From: a virus
Taxonomy: Duplodnaviria > Caudoviricetes
Length of the DNA stretch: 53,524 bases
Virus record (IMG/VR): IMGVR_UViG_3300027770_002684
Location: 1 to 53,524 of that record
Direction: 5' to 3' (one strand)
The translations under genes were made by a program, and so were the position numbers. Shown here piece after piece: positions 49,829 to 53,524 of this stretch (positions are counted from its first letter, which is position 1; every line of letters starts with the position of its first letter). The notes under the pieces were generated by a model. That model saw nothing but the letters and a program-made list of their open reading frames with translations, did not search any database and was not told where the DNA came from.

Positions 49829-49857
49829 TTGACAACGAACCTAATCCGTTGTATAAT
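49829..49857 (+). promoter_or_regulatory. Repeated early promoter
   Basis: TTGACA-17-TATAAT; ACAACG...CGTTGT. Confidence 0.88.
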
Positions 49858-49914
49858 TAAGGTATGGAAAGTAATTATGCAATCCATATTTCACACACAC
49901 AGAAGAGGTATTTT

Positions 49915-50331
49915 ATGACTGACAAGACTTTTAAATTCGCAGGTGTTTCTACTCGTAATGGTGTTTGCAAGGCTCGCTTTGCCAATGACCAAATGCGTGT
50001 CAAGGTGCTGGCCAAGACCGGCAGCAAGGACATCGATCTGATTGAACTCAAAGAGCCCATGACCAAAGCGGCTGCTATCGCGTTCCTGATCTTCATCAAC
50101 TTCGACAACGGCAATGCCACTGTGCGGGCTGCTCTTGAGGAAGGCTTGGAGAAGCGTACCGTAGTTGCCCGGGCACCTAAAGCTGTTAAAGCCAAAGCGG
50201 CTCCTAAGGCCAAGGCTGTGAAGTCCAAGCCCACTATGGACGCTATCAAGGCCAAGGTTGCGGCTGCTACCAAGCCTAAGAAGGCAGACATCGTTGCCCA
50301 GATGGCAGACATGGAAGAAGCACCCTACTGA
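49915..50331 (+). CDS. Protein with Lys/Ala/Pro-rich histone-like tail
   Basis: GAGG SD before MTDKTF; APKAVKAKAAPKAKAVKSKP. Confidence 0.8.
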   Translation: MTDKTFKFAGVSTRNGVCKARFANDQMRVKVLAKTGSKDIDLIELKEPMTKAAAIAFLIFINFDNGNATVRAALEEGLEKRTVVARAPKAVKAKAAPKAKAVKSKPTMDAIKAKVAAATKPKKADIVAQMADMEEAPY

Positions 50332-50406
50332 TAGCGGGGTATTGGGGCCCAGTGTGCCCCATTTAGTAAAATACATTGGGTAGTGTGTTTTACCAAAGGA
50401 AACAAT

Positions 50407-50652
50407 ATGAGTAAACTGGCATATCTGGGTAGACCGTGGACTGTGTTCGAAGCAAAGAACAAGCAGCATCGAGCATGGTTCGCAGAGTTCCAACACAAGC
50501 GGACATGGAGCAATTGTCCTGTGAGATTTGTAGTAGCAGATGATCAAGGTGATCTGGTTACTATGATCCAGCAACGCTTGATTGAATACTACACAACACG
50601 AGAATTCGGTAAAGTTGAAGACCAAAAGTACTTGACCTTGGTCAAGCGATAG
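50407..50652 (+). CDS. Hypothetical protein
   Basis: AAGGA SD before MSKLAY; RPW.VF...N..HR...W..CPVRF. Confidence 0.78.
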   Translation: MSKLAYLGRPWTVFEAKNKQHRAWFAEFQHKRTWSNCPVRFVVADDQGDLVTMIQQRLIEYYTTREFGKVEDQKYLTLVKR

Positions 50653-50700
50653 TGTAATATTAGTGTAACTGTGTGAACAGTATAACATTAAGGAAAACAA

Positions 50701-50976
50701 ATGACAACATATAATATCAACCAAGGGACCAAGACCCACAAGCTATTCACCGCATTGAAGTCGGGTGAGGCAGTCAGTGCCAGCCAAGCAGAGAAGCGTT
50801 TCGGTATCAAGAACATCAGTGCCGAAGTTAGCCGTATCCGTGCAGCAGGTTTCGCAGTGTACGGTAACACCCGTGTCGCTGGCAACCATGTTGAAGTGAA
50901 AGAATATGTAATCGGACAGCCATCACGCAAGTTGATCGCAGCCGGTTACAAGGCAATGGCATTGGGCCTTGTCTAA
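50701..50976 (+). CDS. Winged-HTH DNA-binding protein
   Basis: L..ALKSGE.VSA.QA..RFGI.N.SA.VS.IR..GF.VY. Confidence 0.75.
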   Translation: MTTYNINQGTKTHKLFTALKSGEAVSASQAEKRFGIKNISAEVSRIRAAGFAVYGNTRVAGNHVEVKEYVIGQPSRKLIAAGYKAMALGLV

Positions 50977-51118
50977 AGAACGCTCCAAAGTCTGAAGTCG
51001 CGTATCAGACACAAGTCCCAGGGGGTAGTGTCCCTGGGCAAACCCCCGAACCCCGTATGCCGCAAAGTATATGGGGTTCATCTATTGTGGTCAACCTCTC
51101 TCCGAAAGACCCGCCAGG

Positions 51119-51147
51119 TTGACAGGGTATTCAGATCCTGCTATAAT
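51119..51147 (+). promoter_or_regulatory. Repeated early promoter
   Basis: CAGGGT...ATCCTG spacer. Confidence 0.9.
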
Positions 51148-51171
51148 ACACACATAGACAGCAAGGAGCAC

Positions 51172-51372
51172 ATGATGATCAAAGTAGCAAAGATGACAGA
51201 CGGCAAGGTAGTCGAGGTCGTTCGGGTTGCGGACACTGTAGGCTTCAGCACCGAGCGGGGGTGGGTCATGGTCTGCTTCGACTTTGAGAAGATCAGTCGC
51301 AAGCGTGAGCAATTCAAGTGGGTGCCGGCCACTACTCGATTTGAGTGGGTTAGAGAATACACTTTCGGTTGA
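51172..51372 (+). CDS. Hypothetical early protein
   Basis: SD before MMIKVAK; stop inside next TTGACA. Confidence 0.78.
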   Translation: MMIKVAKMTDGKVVEVVRVADTVGFSTERGWVMVCFDFEKISRKREQFKWVPATTRFEWVREYTFG

Positions 51373-51397
51373 CAGGGTCTTAGGATCCTGCTATAAT
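51369..51397 (+). promoter_or_regulatory. Repeated early promoter
   Basis: CAGGGTC-TTAG-GATCCTG. Confidence 0.9.
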
Positions 51398-51424
51398 ACA
51401 CACATGAACACAAAGGAGCACAAA

Positions 51425-51634
51425 ATGACAGCGATTACAGTAGCAGAGATGATAGAGGCATTGAGCCAGTTGCCAGGGGACGCAGAGTTGGTAGTGACCG
51501 AAAGCGGTTATTACTCTTATGGCGAGTTTGCCAACATCATGTTGCCAGAAGCCTACACCGTAGAAGGTGTGGACAATGATGCAGATGTGGGCAAGGTAGT
51601 CTACCGCATTGGTCACTCACACCAATCTTACTAA
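51425..51634 (+). CDS. Hypothetical early protein
   Basis: SD; TVAEMIEALSQLP.DAE resembles the N-terminus of 46399-46638. Confidence 0.78.
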   Translation: MTAITVAEMIEALSQLPGDAELVVTESGYYSYGEFANIMLPEAYTVEGVDNDADVGKVVYRIGHSHQSY

Positions 51635-51641
51635 GGAGCAT

Positions 51642-51875
51642 ATGATGCAAGCAGAAGCAACCCGGTCCGCATATTACGACACACGCCACGGTGGACCATT
51701 CGATCGTGGCAGTGCCGACTTCTACTATGGTCGTTCGTTCAATCCTCACTACTTCGTCGGTGACACCTACTCCACTCCTAAGATCGAGTTGGCCCAGATG
51801 ACTGCGGCAGAGATCGCAGGTTACACCGCAGGCTACCGCTATGGTGAAGAACTGGGCGATCGTAAAGAGTGGTAG
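51642..51875 (+). CDS. Hypothetical early protein
   Basis: SD; RHGGPFDRGSAD.YYGR. Confidence 0.8.
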   Translation: MMQAEATRSAYYDTRHGGPFDRGSADFYYGRSFNPHYFVGDTYSTPKIELAQMTAAEIAGYTAGYRYGEELGDRKEW

Positions 51876-51882
51876 AAAGAGG

Positions 51883-51911
51883 TTGACACATTGGTAAAAC
51901 CATTGTATAAT
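51883..51911 (+). promoter_or_regulatory. Repeated early promoter
   Basis: Identical to 46343-46371. Confidence 0.9.
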
Positions 51912-51938
51912 TAACACTTACACACACTGGAGCACACG

Positions 51939-52205
51939 ATGAAAGCACTACAGACATACATCGACAACAAGAACCGTTGGAACGCTATCTTCAAAGGTGA
52001 GCAGTTCGAAATCCAAAGTGCCAAGGGTCGACAGCGAGTCGCTGACAGCCTGGACGCAGACCTGAGCCCAGAGAACTTGACCTGTGATGGCGAACTGTCG
52101 CGTCAAGAGATACGGATGCGTTACGATTTCCTGCAACAGGCGGCTGTGCAGTTGACAGCATTGGATCCGCAGGTTAAGATGTATGAGTTCTACACTGGAG
52201 AATAA
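51939..52205 (+). CDS. Hypothetical early protein
   Basis: SD; LSPENLTCDGEL motif. Confidence 0.82.
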   Translation: MKALQTYIDNKNRWNAIFKGEQFEIQSAKGRQRVADSLDADLSPENLTCDGELSRQEIRMRYDFLQQAAVQLTALDPQVKMYEFYTGE

Positions 52206-52206
52206 G

Positions 52207-52356
52207 ATGGACAGAGACGAACTGCTGGCAAAGGTCTATGAACAGATGGAACGCGATATCCGCAACGAAGATTTAACAGCCATTGAAGAACTGTTGAGCA
52301 CAGTGTCTGATGCGGCTTTACTTGGTTTTTTACCCGAAGGAGATTTCAATGCCTAA
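52207..52356 (+). CDS. Small acidic protein (49 aa), not in ORF track
   Basis: GGAG SD; MDRDELLAKVYEQMERD. Confidence 0.72.
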   Translation: MDRDELLAKVYEQMERDIRNEDLTAIEELLSTVSDAALLGFLPEGDFNA

Positions 52357-52870
52357 TTGGTGCAATAACACGCTGAACATCCGCCACGAAGATCCTGCTA
52401 TGATTGAGCGGGCCCGTAAGGCTTTTACCGACGGCAGGTTCCTGGAGGAGTTCATTCCGTTCCCTAATGGTGAGTGGGATTGGAACTTCTGTGTAGCCAA
52501 CTGGGGTACCAAGTGGGATATCGGTGGTGGGGATGGTCACACCGTAGAGCAAGATGCCAATGGTGTCGTGTTCAACTTCGACAGTGCCTGGGCACCACCC
52601 CTTGCTGCCTATGAGCGGTTGATGGGCATGGGCTTTGAGATCCTGGCCTACTACTTTGAACCCGGCATGGCGTTCGCAGGCAAGTGGGAAGATGGTTGCG
52701 ATGACTACTACGAATATGGTGGCATGACCAGTGAGCAGATCGCTGATGAGTTGCCCGATGACCTGGATGAGACCTTTGACATCAGCGGCCAGGTTGCTGA
52801 GTGGGAAGCCGAGGACGAGGAGAACATTGAGATCGACCTTGATGGAGGTGCGAGTTCCACTAACGAATAA
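52349..52870 (+). CDS. DUF1281/YubB-like protein
   Basis: MPNWC.N, NWGTKWD, FDSAWAPP, Y.EPGM.FAG. Confidence 0.8.
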   Translation: MPNWCNNTLNIRHEDPAMIERARKAFTDGRFLEEFIPFPNGEWDWNFCVANWGTKWDIGGGDGHTVEQDANGVVFNFDSAWAPPLAAYERLMGMGFEILAYYFEPGMAFAGKWEDGCDDYYEYGGMTSEQIADELPDDLDETFDISGQVAEWEAEDEENIEIDLDGGASSTNE

Positions 52871-52901
52871 CCCTACACACTGTAGGGTCTTTACAGCACA
52901 C

Positions 52902-52930
52902 TTGACAGGTGTGCTGTTCTGCGTTATAAT
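52902..52930 (+). promoter_or_regulatory. Repeated early promoter with -35 box at hairpin tip
   Basis: ACAGCACACTT-GAC-AGGTGTGCTGT; TATAAT at 17-nt spacing. Confidence 0.88.
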
Positions 52931-52955
52931 ACACACATAAACACTAAGGAACACG

Positions 52956-53123
52956 ATGAAGAAAATATGTGCTAACGGAATGACACGCTGGGCAATGATG
53001 TACCAAATTAAGTTGCAATGCGACACTAACAGTGCTTGCTACAAAATGACAGACGAAGAACTTGTTGCAACTTATAATGCGATTTTTAATATTGCACAAA
53101 AAGACTTGACAACGGCAGACTGA
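52956..53123 (+). CDS. Small early protein (55 aa), not in ORF track
   Basis: AAGGA SD; MKKICANGMTRWAMM. Confidence 0.7.
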   Translation: MKKICANGMTRWAMMYQIKLQCDTNSACYKMTDEELVATYNAIFNIAQKDLTTAD

Positions 53124-53134
53124 ACTGCTATAAT
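53106..53134 (+). promoter_or_regulatory. Repeated early promoter
   Basis: TTGACA-17-TATAAT plus leader. Confidence 0.9.
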
Positions 53135-53163
53135 ACACACTTAAACACTAAACGGAGCACAAC

Positions 53164-53523
53164 ATGCAAACAGCACTGACAACACAATTTGCTAAAGTTA
53201 GCGACAAACTGACACTGGAACACACTGGTGTTGAAGACGACGACACACTGCACACGGAATACAAGTGCAACGTAGAAGTGCAACTGGCAGGTGACAGCAT
53301 ATGGGACTGCGAACTGCAAGCGGTTACTATTACGGGCGTACACATTAGCGAAACGTTTGACGAAGACGACGGGGACGTTTACGCACACATTGGGGTGACT
53401 TACGAAGTAGACGGCGAAGACGGTGCTGAAGTAGAAGGCAGCTGGCGGCTGTACACAGACAACGGCTTTAGCGATGCTGTGAGCGAGTTGCTGGGAACAG
53501 ATGTAGACTTTACAGAGCAAGGT
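53164..53523 (+). CDS. Acidic early protein, 3'-truncated
   Basis: GGAG SD; MQTALTTQ...LYTDNGF...VDFTEQG, open to the window end. Confidence 0.8.
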   Translation, partial: MQTALTTQFAKVSDKLTLEHTGVEDDDTLHTEYKCNVEVQLAGDSIWDCELQAVTITGVHISETFDEDDGDVYAHIGVTYEVDGEDGAEVEGSWRLYTDNGFSDAVSELLGTDVDFTEQG

Positions 53524-53524
53524 A

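Noticed and set aside
51036-51068. c-di-GMP-I riboswitch (GGGCAAAC...CGCAAAG)
   Set aside because: The intervening P2 stem cannot pair (CCCCGAACCCCG) and the context is 3' of a gene.
45347-53163. CRISPR array or classical integron
   Set aside because: Repeats are degenerate promoters separated by whole genes of variable length; no cas or integrase gene and no attC R boxes recognised.
46076-53520. Minus-strand ORFs in the early region
   Set aside because: All promoters and SD sites face +; the recurring CSLVCK and LSVYVCII peptides are translations of the reversed promoter element.
1-53524. Alternative genetic code, tRNA or rRNA genes
   Set aside because: Standard code gives full-length, tightly packed genes; no cloverleaf or rRNA signature seen by eye (tRNAscan-SE would settle it).

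Overview
Segment of a large tailed-phage genome (T4-like/jumbo type). No host, capsid, polymerase, integrase, RT, tRNA or CRISPR is visible. Left to right: (1) a >1985-aa tail-fibre/adhesin running off the left edge; (2) HNH, IF-1, DNA ligase and ErpA; (3) a ~22-kb AT-rich island of modification enzymes (about 15 Fe/2OG-type oxygenases, 4 radical SAM proteins, 2 desaturases, PP-loop, PLP, kinase-like, methyltransferase, GNAT-like, glycosyltransferase), many with TAAATA late-promoter-like motifs; (4) tail/fibre genes with collagen-like GYTGS repeats and two GT9-like genes; (5) a ~0.9-kb non-coding boundary; (6) an 8-kb GC-richer early region built from 18 related consensus sigma70 promoter+leader elements, each heading short genes. 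The most unusual signals are covarying hairpins in the promoter spacers, two promoter units that appear to express structured RNAs, and a 605-nt terminal stretch whose coding strand has no TC and only one CC. All protein calls come from motifs read by eye, not database searches.
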